This document shows, one piece after another, positions 15,517 through 28,928 of a stretch of 64,000 nt of DNA (position 1 is the first letter of the stretch; each line of letters starts with the position of its first letter). The notes under the pieces were generated by a model. It ran no database searches and had not been told where the DNA came from. It saw nothing but the letters and a program-made list of their open reading frames with translations. The DNA lies in NCBI RefSeq assembly GCF_000143415.4, contig NW_003314324.1, positions 62,001-126,000 on the forward strand, in the 5' to 3' direction. Made by a program: the position numbers and the translations under genes. The stretch comes from Selaginella moellendorffii. Lineage: Eukaryota > Plantae > Lycopodiophyta.

Positions 15517-18500
15517 TGTCGCGAATGTGACTTTAGGTATCGAAAGTTACCTATCAGCCAGTCTTTACGGACACTCCTTCCTTACTGCCACGATGGCAAA
15601 AGGTCAGTATTGCTAATTCTCTTTATCAGCTCCTTTTGTTCAAGTGTTAGTTTACTGGGCTTAGCATCTATACTTAGCCAAATGGACATAAGGTAGGAAC
15701 TCTTATGTGTTTTTAGCTGAGCATACTCGGCCTGGCTTTTAATTTTCTTTTGCTCTGTCTTGCACTAGCTTGACAAAAGCCCTTACGTATTGAGATTGGT
15801 CCCTCAATATCACTAGATGATAGCTTACCGTGTCTGCTAAACACCCTCGCTATTATGCCCTTTGTGTTAGTCTCATTTCGGTCTCAAATGCTATTTATAG
15901 AAAGTGTCTAGACTTGCTCATTTGGCATATCTACGGAATGTAGAGATTATCCTAAACACAATGAGTGTTCATCTTGTGTCCAAATTTGCAATCTAGCGCC
16001 ATTCCATATTTAATAAGTTTTGAGCTTGTCCTATAGACTAACTCTTGATACTAAATGAGGCTTGGGTGAAAGCCCAAAGCGTGTGTTCCTCTAAAGGGGG
16101 GAGGGGCNNNNNNNNNNNNNNNNNNNNNNNNNNNNNNNNNNNNNNNNNNNNNNNNNNNNNNNNNNNNNNNNNNNNNNNNNNNNNNNNNNNNNNNNNNNNN
16201 NNNNNNNNNNNNNNNNNNNNNNNNNNNNNNNNNNNNNNNNNNNNNNNNNNNNNNNNNNNNNNNNNNNNNNNNNNNNNNNNNNNNNNNNNNNNNNNNNNNN
16301 NNNNNNNNNNNNNNNNNNNNNNNNNNNNNNNNNNNNNNNNNNNNNNNNNNNNNNNNNNNNNNNNNNNNNNNNNNNNNNNNNNNNNNNNNNNNNNNNNNNN
16401 NNNNNNNNNNNNNNNNNNNNNNNNNNNNNNNNNNNNNNNNNNNNNNNNNNNNNNNNNNNNNNNNNNNNNNNNNNNNNNNNNNNNNNNNNNNNNNNNNNNN
16501 NNNNNNNNNNNNNNNNNNNNNNNNNNNNNNNNNNNNNNNNNNNNNNNNNNNNNNNNNNNNNNNNNNNNNNNNNNNNNNNNNNNNNNNNNNNNNNNNNNNN
16601 NNNNNNNNNNNNNNNNNNNNNNNNNNNNNNNNNNNNNNNNNNNNNNNNNNNNNNATGTGGAGGAACCGGGTTGTGATTCTGCGCCGCTCTCGCTGACCAA
16701 CTTGAGGTTTAGTCTAGCTCCTACTTGCGTGGTTGTCCTTGTTCTACGTTTGGCTTGGGTTTAAACCTAAGCTCCACACCATGCTAGCTGGTGGAATACC
16801 CATATTCTCGCATTAGGCCACCGGTATGCTGAAATAGCACCAAATTCCATTTGGCTTTGTTTTGTGTGCTAGTCCTAGTATTGGGATGTTAGTTGCTCTA
16901 GGACTATTCCAAATCACTCCATGCCCCTATCCCTTCGCTCCTTGGGCTGTATATTTAGGAGTTGCTCTGTGGTTCGATTTTGTCACTCTTCAACTTTATA
17001 CTTGGGAGTTTGGCATCGTTTCTTCGTTCAATGGCCTAAGGCCTTGAAAGTCGGGTTTCATACCACTGTCCTTTGGACACATGGTGTGTGACACATGGCA
17101 TATGACACGTGGCATATGGAGGGTTAGGTTCCGCTTCGTGGTTCTCCTATGGTAAATCTCCATAGAATAAAGGGTAAAAACCACATGCGCTACATTTGGT
17201 ATCAGAGAATGAGTCTTGGCGAGTACTATTTAATGAGATTAGGCAACTAGTCTTGTTGCATATGCAAAGATGAAAACAATGATCCAAGTGGGTACATGTT
17301 TGGGTGCAAAGGCTTTGCAATTGTTTCTTGGGTATAGATTTGGTTACCTTTTTGTACCATAATAATGTGAGTTTGCTCTTGGGCTCATAAGATGGATTGA
17401 GACATTCCGTTTACACAAGTTTTGGCATGGGCTCGTGAGTGAGGCACATTAACAACTTGAAGTTACACTTTAAGTTGGCAGGATTAATGTTAGCCTATCA
17501 GTGATTCTATGAGTTGTTCCATGTACCATGGGTGAAAGTAAACCTTCCTTGGGTTTGCTATAAGTGGCAAATATGCTAGTCCATAGCTATTTAGCACGGC
17601 ACTAGTGGATCCTTCCTAGGCATGATTAGGAGTGGATCAATCAAGGCTATAAAAATTAGTCTATTGGTTCAAGTAGTCATCACTGTGCTCTCTCATAAAC
17701 TTTTCTTGGATTGGACTGAAGGCAGTGTGAACGCAAGCTTGAGGTTTGGTCAAAGATGAAACCGAAAAGAGAGTGGGACAAAGGATCAAACATGTAAATC
17801 ATTTTCTTTTCTTAGAAAAATGATTTACAACAAGGTATTAACTCATTGCTTGTGTTCATATTATGCAATCAAGAATCCTTACCTTGATGCATGCTGGAAA
17901 TGATGGTCTTACAAATGTTAAGTTATGGGATGGATAGTGGTGAAGCACTAAACCATTTTGTCTAGGCTCGCTATTAGAAGATTTGGGTTACAATGATTAA
18001 TTCTTTTTCAGGGAACCTTGCTATTACTCCTTGAGTAGCTTAGTGTTCGATTAATTTTGAGTTTTGTTAGAAAGAGAGTGATATGAGATTGTCCATGTTG
18101 TGAACAAAAGTTAGTGGTGTTGGGTGTTATAAATCTCTATCGATGGAGTGTGGCATTTATATTGCATTTTATCAAATCAAGTTGGCACTTGATATTCATA
18201 TAAACATTTGAAGTAATGACATGGGCATTGCTTATAGTGTTGCTCAATGGATGATCAAGTCATTGTGATATTTATATCATATCTATGTGATAATGAGCAA
18301 TGTGTTTATAAAGTTACTTGGTTAAATGATAATCAACCCCAAAGTAGTTGATGGTGATGCTAGTCTACTTGCACGAAGTAGCATTGTAATAGCTTTGACT
18401 GGATTCTCGATAGTGATCCATTATGCTAAACTTATGTTGGTACCTTGTTTCCTTAAGTTTGCTCATTAAGTTGTTGGAAAAAGGTTGTAACATTTATTTG

Positions 18501-21500
18501 CTATAGCTCGTTAATTGATCTGTTAGCACTTGAAGTAGATTGTTGGATGGAGAAAATGTGTAGTTGGGGCATTTAGATCACTAGCACTTGTATTAGTGGA
18601 AGTGGCATTGTTATTTCAAGTGATGAGGAATTTTTCCTTAGACTTTGACTTTTTATGTCATTTTTCTTGTTAGTGTTTTGGCTTCATATTGGATCTTGAA
18701 GGTGATTAAAGAAGAGTGTTAGTGCAATGTGGATATCCGAAGATGTGGTCTTCGTGATCAAGCTTTAGGTGTTCATTTTGCATTTTACGAATGTCGGTGT
18801 TAGATGTCAGATATATGGGCAAAGATATTCGATGCTTAAACATACTATTGGGTTATGAAAATTTGTGTTAAAGTGAACCCATGTGAAGTTGTTGGTAGGA
18901 GGAAGTTAGTTGAATCTTGAAAGTTTGCATTCCTGGACTAAGAGTTTGCATTTTATGATGGAAAATTTTCCACAAATTTTCTTAGACTTCTTCAATGGTT
19001 GATTTGTTAATCACTTTGCCCAAAAACCATTTCGTTTTCGTAAGCCAATATAAACTAGTGAAGGGGTTGGAGTTGAATTTGGTTAGCTTAAACCTTAGTA
19101 GATAGTTTGTATGATGTGGCCTGAAAGGGATTTTAACTTTTGGGGATAAGGCAATTGAGTTGGATAAAGTCTGGAGTTGGTGTAGAAAAGTGGTTGTTGC
19201 GCTTTTCTAAGAAAGGTGACCCTTGTGCTTTTCTTCTATAGTGTTATGCTTGGTGGCATATTTATAAGCAACCAAAGAGAACGACTTGAGAAACGATCCA
19301 TAAGGGTTCAAATATAGAGGGAAAGGGCCCATGAACAAGATGTAAGCTCCTGGGTTTGGACTTCCCGGGAGGTCACCCAGCCCAGTATTATTCAAACCCA
19401 AGGACGCTTAACTCCAAATATCCCAAGACCCTTAACTGATTGGAAAAGGGGGTGCACTCTTGTTCATGGGCCCTTTCCCTCTATATTTGAACCCCTATGG
19501 ATCGTCTCTCGAGTCGTTCCCTTTGGTTGCTTACACAAGAGTGCACCCCCTTTTCCAATTGGTTAAGAGTCTTGGGATATTTGGAGTTAAGCGTCCTTGG
19601 GTTTGAATAGTACTGGGCTGGGTGACTTCTCGGGAAGTCCAAACTCAGAAGCTTACAATATTGCACTTTGCATTTTGTTAGACTTTATGAGAGTAGTGAG
19701 TTCTCACTGATTCTGATTTAGTCTTGGTGGCCTTGCACCTTGGTTAAGAATGGTGATGTGCAACTTAGTTATTTAAAGTTGAGATGTTGGTACCTATACT
19801 ATAGCTTTGTCTATGAGGAGGTTATGTATTGATATGAGTCCATCTCATGGTCTTCACTTTAATTTCGACTGAGTGTTGATCATGCATAGCTAGCGTCTTC
19901 AAGGCATGCTCAAAGCTATTGACTAAATGCATTAGTGAGCTTATTTCAGTTAAGTTAGATTAGAGTGGTCATTTAGTTCGTACTTGTCAATGAACCTATA
20001 TCTCGTACATAAGGTATTACTTTACTATTGGACAAGTATATAACTTAATAACATGAGTTTAGTGTTTGGGTCTTATGAAAGCAAGTTAAAAAAGTGATTG
20101 TCAGTTGTTTGGCAACCACCACAAGAGATTCCAGTATCTGCTCCTTGCAACCCCCGAAGGGGGCGTTGTGAAGCCTTTCATGAGAGTTAGTGATTGCTTG
20201 TAGACTTCGTCAAAGACTATTTAACATTTGCTTCACTTGATGATGATTTAACAGTGATGAGCTTGCTTTACCAGATGGTGATGCAGAGGATCGTGTTGTT
20301 AAACTTACATGGTTTTTCCATGTTAGCATATCAATTCCACCTCTATCGATATTATTTTTTGTTGTGTTTACTCCATAGTATTGGATTTCATTGAATCTTG
20401 GATGTGGTGATTCACTCCTTGCAAAAGTGTTATTTGTAACTGAGTATTGTTGAAAAATTGGTCTCAGATACTGACTAAAGTATCTTTGACTTTGGTTAGC
20501 TTGGTTGCTAAAGAGTTTTAGGTGGTGATTCACTCTTATTTTCTTTTAGTTTTTTTCTAATGTTAATGGCATTGAAGTGATGTTTGCCATTAACAATATT
20601 GATGTTGAGACTTGAGTGAAATGAAATGTTTCTCCGTATGATTAATATTGAGTTTCATTAGTCTCAATAAAGATAGTGTTGATGATTTGGCTTTACCTTT
20701 GTGTTGTTGGCATTCATGCATTTGTTAGTTAGCAATTGTATTGACTTTCAAATGAACTAAGTAGCAAGTTTGAGTTAGTTGTATTTTAGATGAGATTGCT
20801 TAGTCAAGGTTGAGTTTTGAGCTGTTCCTTAAAAGATGATTTAGTCATGGATTATGCTAGCCTTACAAATGAAAGAATTAGTAATTGATATTAAAGTGAT
20901 TGAATCCTTATTGGATTTGAGTTAGATATATCAATCATTAATGATTCTTCTTGTGCTTGTTATGAAGTGAGTTACGTCTTGTTATAGATGGATTTATGGA
21001 GGATCATTTAGTGTTCACTTGTTGAGCATAGCTTCATTGTGTTTAGTTTTCGGATTAATGCAGAAATGCTCTTTATTAACTTTGGCATTATGAAGTTTGG
21101 CTTATGAATTTGTTGAGGAAGATATTGTGGGCTGCACCATGATTTCTTCTTTAGCATTGAAGTTAGTTCATACAAAAACTTGTGATTATTATTAGACAAA
21201 GATTTGGCTATAAATTTCTTCAAGCTTTTGGTCCTTTGAGTTTTGTGTTCATTGTTCCATTTGTTAGAAGTTGTTGGGGAATATTGAAGTTGGCTTTTGC
21301 ATCTAGCAATCATTGGTGATAATTGATTATCATCTAGAATAGTTGATTATCCTTCTCAAAAGTTTTGCTTGATTGTTGTTGACACAGAATGATTCGTTGT
21401 TCTTCATGATGGTGGATTCCTTCTTTGACAATAATTTTGCATATCTCCTTTTGATGGGATAATTGATAATCTTTTATGATGGTTAGTTATTCTCTTTAAT

Positions 21501-23641
21501 GGCTTATGGCTTTTTGCAATACTACATGTTCTTTATGGTTTGTCTTGGATTGGTCTTTTGGGTTTGAGACATTAATAAGATGTTGCTGACATTTGCTTAA
21601 GCAACTTGAGTTTCTTAGTGTTGTTGGCTGGGATTTATTCGAATTGGCTAATGTGACAGTTGGCATGAATGAGTGTTTGTTGGTCTTGCCACATTCATTC
21701 TGTTTTGTTGATTATTGATTGGGTTAGTTTTGATAGATTGGGATGCTATTTCCTTTGGGTGATACATTCGCAAGTATTCTGCTTACCAGTCAATACTTGA
21801 GTTATCTTTAATAAGTTGTTTGGCATACTGTCTACCATCTTCGATAGTTAAGTTTCATCATTGAGTTTCCTTGATGATATAATTGATGGTCATTCCTATA
21901 ATTACCAATTATGATGATCTTAGTGGTTCCTATACTGTAATACTGGTTTATCAGATGATAACTTACTTGGAATACTTTTGTGTTCTAATCTAAGCTATAT
22001 TCAGTGATAATTAAGTATCTAAGATATCATTATTTATAACTTTGATAATGTCTATCTATTGATTTTTGAGTTTGGGATAATATAGGCAAATTGGCTTTGG
22101 CACTTTGGGGTAGCTACTGTCAACTGGTCACATCACCCGCTTCTCTATTGATGTTCCTTATTCCGTCAAAAGGGCATGACCGTGTAAACAACTCTAACTG
22201 CTTGTTTACAGTAGTCTATCTAAACCTTACCGACAGGTTTGATTTCTTTGCTTATGAGGGTTGGGGCCTTTGGCTTCTCTCTTTATGTCCCTACGGGTAG
22301 GGGCGTATCACACTTTTGTAAGCTGGGTGACACCCAAAACAACAAGAGTGGCTAACTCTATTGATCATTTTTTTGTCGGCGACGGCTGGAGGTGTCTAAG
22401 CTGGTAGCACATTTGCATTAGACAAAGAGGTTGCCCCCTAACTCATTTAAGTTGGTGCATTTCTCATATAGTATGAATTCTGTGAACTTTTTCTGGAGTT
22501 GTTTCCTTGGCGGTATTCTAGACTAGAGTATGCATCAACGAGGACATCAATCTTCCCTAGGGGGGGAGAGTGTCGCAAATGTAATTTCAGGTATTGAAAT
22601 TTACTTGTTGGCCAGTCCTTACGGACACTCCTTCCTTACTGCCACGATGGCAAAAGGTCGGTATTGCTGGTTCTTTTTATCAACCCCTCTTGTTTAAATG
22701 TTAGTTTACTAAGCTTAGCATCTGTACTTAGCCAAATGGACATAAGGTAGGAACTCCTATGTATTTTTAATTGAGCATACTCAACTTAGCTCTTGATTCT
22801 CTTTTGCTCTGTCTTGCACTGGCTGACAAAAACCCTCGTGTATTAAGATTGGTCCCTCAATATCACTGGATGATAGTTTACCGTGTCTGCTAAACACCTT
22901 CGCTATCATGCCCTTTGTGTTAGTCTCATTTCGGTCTCAAATGCTATTTATGGAAAGTGTTTAGACTTGCTCATTTGGTATATCTATGGAATGTAGAGAT
23001 TGTTCTAAAGACAATGGTGTTCATCCTGTGTCCAAATTTGCAATCTAGCGCCATTCCATATTTAATAAGTTTTGAGCTTGTCCTAGAGACTAACTCCTGA
23101 TACTAAGGGAAGCTTGAGGTGAAAGCCTAAAGCATGTGTTCCTCTAAGAGGGGGGAGGAGGTGTGGGGGTTCCAAATGTATACTAGAGATAGTAGGTAGG
23201 TCAGGCATAACCAACTAACCTAAGGTTTAGTTTAGCTCCCGCTTGCGTGCCTATCCTTGTTCTGCATCTGGCTTGGGTCTAAGCCTAAGCTCCACACCAT
23301 GCTAGTTGCTAGAGTACCCATATCCTCGTGTTAGGCCACTAATATGTTAAAATAATGCCAAACTCTGTTTGGCTCTGTTTTGCGTGTTAATCTTGGCATT
23401 GGGATGCTAGTTGCTTTAGGACTGCTCCAAGTCGCTGCACTCCATGCTTGGGAGTTTGGCACCGTTTCTTCGTTCAGTGGCCCAAGGCCCTGAAACTCGA
23501 ATTCCACACCACTATCCTTTGGACATGTGGCATGTGATATATGGCACCTGTCACATGGCACAAAGAGGGTTTAAGTTCCGCTTTGTGGTTATCCTATGGT
23601 AAATCACCATAGGATAAAGGGTCAAAACCACGTGTGCTACA
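15517..23641 (+). mobile_element. Decayed LTR retrotransposon: 5' LTR 15517-17194 (N gap inside), PBS 17197-17207, PPT 22559-22570, 3' LTR 22571-23641
   Basis: Both LTRs run TGTCGC...GCTACA and are colinear. TGGTATCAGAG (iMet PBS) follows the first LTR and agggggggagag precedes the second. The interior has no intact ORF and the flanking 5-mers do not match (tcttt/atttg). Confidence 0.8.
19263..19657 (+). mobile_element. Cassandra-like 5S-containing solo LTR with a second copy (19341-19535, opposite strand) nested inside
   Basis: Outer TSD ATATT (19258-62/19658-62) and inner TSD CAAGA (19336-40/19536-40). Ends TGTAAGC...GCTTACA. 5S-like core GAGTTAAGCGTCCTTGGG...AGTACTGGGCTGGGTGAC...GGGAAGTCC. 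Confidence 0.85.
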
Positions 23642-24619
23642 ATTTGTGACCTTGAGTGCAATTAAACAAAAGTTCCCTTTTTATAATATTGTTAAAGTGT
23701 TGAATTACCTCCAATGCTCCAAGAGTGATGTTAACATTTTCTTCAAAATCTTGCTCTAAATATGACAAGAGTGCTTGATGTAGATATGTATTATCTTCAA
23801 TGTTCTATATATTATTTTTATTTGAACAAAATAGATAGTTGTATAGGTTTGATAAATTTTCTTGAGCACTGTAGTAAATGCTCAAGAGTGGGTTTGGAAG
23901 GTGTGCACATATAAATGTACAAAAAAAATCAAGAAAGAATTAAAGACACACAATTATTATGATTTCATGGTGAAAACAATATCCCATTAGTGAACACTGC
24001 ATTAGTGAATGTTGAATATGACATATTTAGGCACCCTTTAATGTAATGTGAAAACCATACATAATTTCTTCAAAAGTTTAGTTCATTATGAGTGAAGTGG
24101 AGAATCTTATATTTTTTAGAATAATAGTATTCTAGCATATATAAATGTATTTTTATATATATAAGTGGTTCTAACATTGTTATAATTCTGAAGTCCCATT
24201 TTTGAAACTGATAATCTAAACTTTCAAGAAGCCCTAGATCTATTCTTAGTATAAAGATTGACAAAGGATGCTTTTAACATTGAAAATTTAATTTATTTAG
24301 AGTGTAGGAATGGCTAGGAAAAATATTATTGCTATTTTCACTTGGCCCCATGCATTTCATATGAATCTCTACTTCCATCAATTTTTACCAATATTCCACC
24401 CTTTTCTCCACACAACAATCATTGTAGGACTTTTTCTTTTATAGCCTCAAGTGTGACTGAACAAAAGATCCCTCTTGCAAATAATGTTCTAGATATTACT
24501 ACTAAAAATGGATTACTTTATATACTTCAAAAGTGATGCAAATTGTTTTTTCGAGATATGGCTAAAACTCTATATTGTGATTTTGATGTCCTCTCTCGAT
24601 CTTAATTTGCTTCTTTAGC

Positions 24620-25810
24620 CTCATGACATCTTCAATGGCAGTGAGGACGTTCTTGTTTGCCTCCAGGAGCTCGTCCTATTTTTGATGCAAGAGGAGCACA
24701 TCCATGATTGATTCTCCAGGTTTTTTCTGCTCACCAAGACTTTGAGAGCTCAACCAAGTAAGCCAAAGCCACCATGGTTTTACTTCTTCATGGATGCCTT
24801 GCTATAAACCTGGAAAAAACAATGCAAAATTACTGAGTTCTTCCAAAGTAGAAAACAGAGTCCATCCATGAAGATAAAACCAGAGAACACAAAATTGCAT
24901 CCTTTACCAGCTTTTGATAAAAAGGAAGAAGTAAATGAATTCAATCATGGAAGCATATCTTCTTGGAACAAAGAAAAAAATAAACTTTCAATGCTATGTA
25001 AAGCAAAAAGATCAACTTCTGAAGAAAGAAGCAAAGAATTCAATCCAATGACACCATAAGCAAATGAATTCAATCCATATGATATGCATGAAAGCAAAAA
25101 GAAAACTATGAATCCAAGGCAAACTACATAAGCAAACATTATACAATCAATGCCAAGAAAGAAGAAAATTTAAAAAGGCAAGCAAAGAAAAACAAAAAAA
25201 TACCTTCGATCTGGAGTTTGGATCCTGGAGCAGCCACAGCAAACAATCCACTGCCATAAACTGCCAATCATCCAAAGATCTAGCCACATTGCACAGCGCC
25301 TCCACAACAGAGCCGTAGCTTGCGATTGCGATCCTGCCAAGCTTGTGGTAGCGGATTGTCCTCAGCAATCCGATCCTCGGCACCAAGCTCCCATTCACGA
25401 GCCCGCCCCACATCCCCAGAAGATCCACCAAGAACTCGGGCCAGCAGATCGCCAGCAAGAATTCCTCACGCAACGCAAAGCAATTCACTACCTAGAGTGA
25501 CTAGCATTGGAGCTGGCTCGCCCATTCCTTCGCCTTACACTCCACACCCTCACCGGAGGCCAAGAGTTCCTTGTGATACCCTAATTTCCGATCAACGGTC
25601 CTCTAGGTCGTCCCATACTACGCCACCCACATCCTTGGCTCCTACACCATGAATGTTGAGCGGTATGGCATCCATGCCATGCGGTACCACGCGGTACCTG
25701 TGCTGGCCGAGCTTGCCGAGGGAACGCTAACATAGGTCGAGCAGCTCGTCGCTGTGCAGTGCCTCAGCCACCTCGCCAGCTATGACTCCACGTTCCCGGG
25801 GGTGTCCTCA
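24620..25810. pseudogene. Rearranged fragments of an ARM-repeat/TPR-like gene (At5g10200-like)
   Basis: Minus strand 25203-25490: MWGGLVNGS..IGLLRTI..LCNVARSLDDWQFMAVDCLLWLLQDPNSRSKV. Plus strand 25610-25810: VPYYATHILGSYTMN..VEQLVAVQCLSHLASYDSTFP, with stops. Confidence 0.7.
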
Positions 25811-26637
25811 GGTGGCATATTGCAGCTGGCAACATGTCATATGCCACGTGTCCAAAGGACAGTGGTGTGGAACCCGAGTTTCAAGGCCTTGGGCCACTAA
25901 ACAAAGAAACAGTGCCAAACTCCTAAAAATGAAGCCAAAAAGTGATGGAATTGGACCACGGAGCAACTCTCGAACATACAACCCAAGGAGCGAAGGGACA
26001 GGAACACAAAGCAACTTAGAACAATCCTGGAGTATTTAACATCTTAATGCCAGGACCAACATGCAAAACAGAGCCAAACGAAGTCTAGCGTTATTTCAGC
26101 GTACCAATGGCCTAACGCGAGGATATGGGTACTCCACTAGCTAGCATGGTGTAGAGCTTGGGCTTAGACGCAAGCCGAACACAGAACAAAGACAGCTACA
26201 TAAGTAGGAGCTAGACTATTCTGTAAATATGCCAAATGAGCAAATCTAAACACTTTCCATAAATACCATTTGAGACCAAAATAAGACTAACACAAAAGGC
26301 ATGATAGCGAAGGTGTTTAGCAGACATGGTAAACTATCATCTAGCATTATTGAGGGACTAATCTCAATACACGAGGGTTCTTGTCAAGCTAACACAAAAC
26401 AAAGCAAACGAGAACTAACAAGCCAAGTATGCTCAGTTAAATAGACATTTAGGAATTCTTTCCTTATGCTCATTTGGCCAAATACAGATGCTAAACCCAG
26501 TTTATTAACACTTAAACAAAAGGGACTGATAAAGGGTCTAACAATACTGACCTCCTACCGTCGTGGTAGTAAGAAAAGAGTGTCCATAAGGACTGGTTGA
26601 CAGGTAACTTTCGATACTCGAAATCATATTCGCGACA
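25811..26637 (-). mobile_element. Internally deleted LTR, same family as 15517/22571
   Basis: Reverse complement starts tgtcgcgaatatgatttcgagtatcgaaagttacctg and aligns with both halves of the 22571 LTR. Confidence 0.8.
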
Positions 26638-28928
26638 CAAATGGAAAATCATCACAACACCCCTCAAAATAAAAAGAATGATTGTTATGTAAAGATATAG
26701 GTGGATTATTAGTTAAGCTTGAAGATGGAAGTGGAGATTAATATAAGAGGCATTCAAGACCAAAAGTAAACTTCTTTTGAACCATTACAACATACACGAA
26801 GAATTAAATTTTGTAACAGTAAAATTTCTCTAATTAATATATTACATTTCAATCTCAAGAATGCATTTTATTATAACATAGTAATATATTGAATCATAAT
26901 TGTTAGTCTTGGTAATTACAACTTACTATTAGAGACAAATGGCTATAGGGTTCTAAAAGCTAAAAACTCTATATATATATATAGATATAGATATATAGTT
27001 GGTTTGTTATATATAATAATGGCAAACACACATAGACACATGAGCATGCCTTTTTGCAAGAATACCTTTCAATCATGAAAACATATATAAATTTGATTCT
27101 TTGATTCATCCATACCATATATATTATAAATTTATACTCCTTGCAAAGATACAACATATTGGATATATATATAAAAAAATTACTTATCTTTATAATATTT
27201 TAGTAAATTACAAAATCTGTGGAAAGTTTTATGAAGTGAATTTGTTAGTGCTTTCTCCTATGCTATCCATTTTTTCTTTTCTTTTACTCTAGACTATTAT
27301 TTTGAAAGTAATAGAAGTATTTCTATCAATAGTAACAATGATTTCTATATTCCCAAGTGAATAATAAAGACTAAAATTGTAATATAGAGATTGTGGTAGT
27401 GAAAATAAATTAATATTTTCACATTTTTGTAAGATAAAATTACTCATAGAGTTTTTGTCTTATTTGCTTCTTATATCTGTAAAACTCTAAAGAATGAATG
27501 AGTGAATCATTGTTTCAAATTTTTTATATATTTATAGTCAATTGTTGAAATGTTAAATTATCGAAATGTACTATAGAAATTTCAAGTTACCCATAGAATT
27601 TTTCAGGTTATTTTGGTTTCAAATAAAAATGGGAATATTGAAGTTCACATTTTGGACGAACTTCTAATTCTAGAAACTACTCAATCAATATTTTATTGTA
27701 TAGGTCACATTAGAAATTAAAATTTTTCTCCATGAATATATTTAAAAAATAAAATTTTTTCTAAACCATTGACAATTAAAAAAATGAATTTGAAATTCAC
27801 CAAAGAATAACATCTTTCTTACATAATATTTCCTTATAAGAGTTATAGTTGATTATATTGACTAACATTGACTTGAGCTAAATTGAGCTCAACTTATGAA
27901 CTCAAACTCAAGTTTAGACCATCCCCCTGATGCACAACCTCTTTGCAATAGTGCATAGACTTTGCAAGTTTAACAACGCCACCCATTCAGTCTCTAGTTT
28001 TTTTCTAGCACAAGATGAACATGGTTCCATCTAGTATCTTGTAGACGCCTTTGCCAATGTGGCCTTCACATCCAGGTGACTGATGCTGTGCAAATGTAGG
28101 TGCTTCATAGCACTGCCATGCTACAATTGCTCGGTTAGCATCTTCCCCATGAATGTCAATGCAAGGCTCTGGAGGAGTTCTCCCGCTCTACCACATGCCG
28201 CTCTACCACAGCTATTTACATCCTCCAGTCATAAGCAGTTTATGAATGAATGAATGATTCGTCTCACACAGCTCTATTTGGATGAACATCAAGACACTCT
28301 CAATGCTAACTAATCTCAAAGCTTTCCTCCTGCAGTGAGAAAATTTTGCACACCATAGCCTCTTGATATCATAGATACATACTAGTGCCAATTGGAATGC
28401 TTTACAGCATAAAAACAGCCGTAAAGTCTTTTGAAAACTTTAGCTGAAATCTCCAAAACAAAATGGAAAGAGAAGTTTTTTTCTGTCTGGAAGAACACAC
28501 TCTTGGACCATCTCCAAGTAGCGAAAAACACTTCCTACAAAATACTCATGCCTGGCACTTGCTGCTACATGTGGTGGTGCCAAGGGCCTGGCTAAATGCG
28601 TCTTGGGCTTCTAGTTTCCACCCTTGTGTGTCTACTTGGGATTTGCCAGACATGGTAACCTCGTTTCCAACTTGAAAACGTTCATTCCAAATCTTATAGC
28701 AATTCCAGTCAGTACAAATCCATCGTCGTGAGCACCATTCCGAAAATAAGAATTTCTTTGCGTTTTGTGCTTGTCAAATCCAGCCGCTTGGTTTTTTGCA
28801 TTTCAAACACGTAGCGAGCGAACCCATTAAACCCGGAGTTAATTTAAGCAAAGCGTTTACTTGGCTCCCAAGGCGCGAGCACAGTTAAATAGCGGCCAGG
28901 GATCCTCGTTTAGGGATCCTTTTCTTTC

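Noticed and set aside
16038-16764. Long ORFs in the track spanning the N run
   Set aside because: Artefacts of the assembly gap (poly-X) inside an LTR.
19560-19645. Possible 5S rRNA gene
   Set aside because: Only the internal core is 5S-like, and it is embedded in an LTR bounded by TSDs.
19263-19657. miRNA-like fold-back
   Set aside because: The inverted symmetry is fully explained by nested insertion with two TSDs.
17210-22550. Assigning the large LTR element to Gypsy or Copia
   Set aside because: The interior is too decayed to read domain order by eye; it needs a translated HMM search.
27900-28680. Moderately GC-rich stretch that may be a decayed gene (also 56900-57380)
   Set aside because: Frequent stops and no recognisable motif; cannot support a call.
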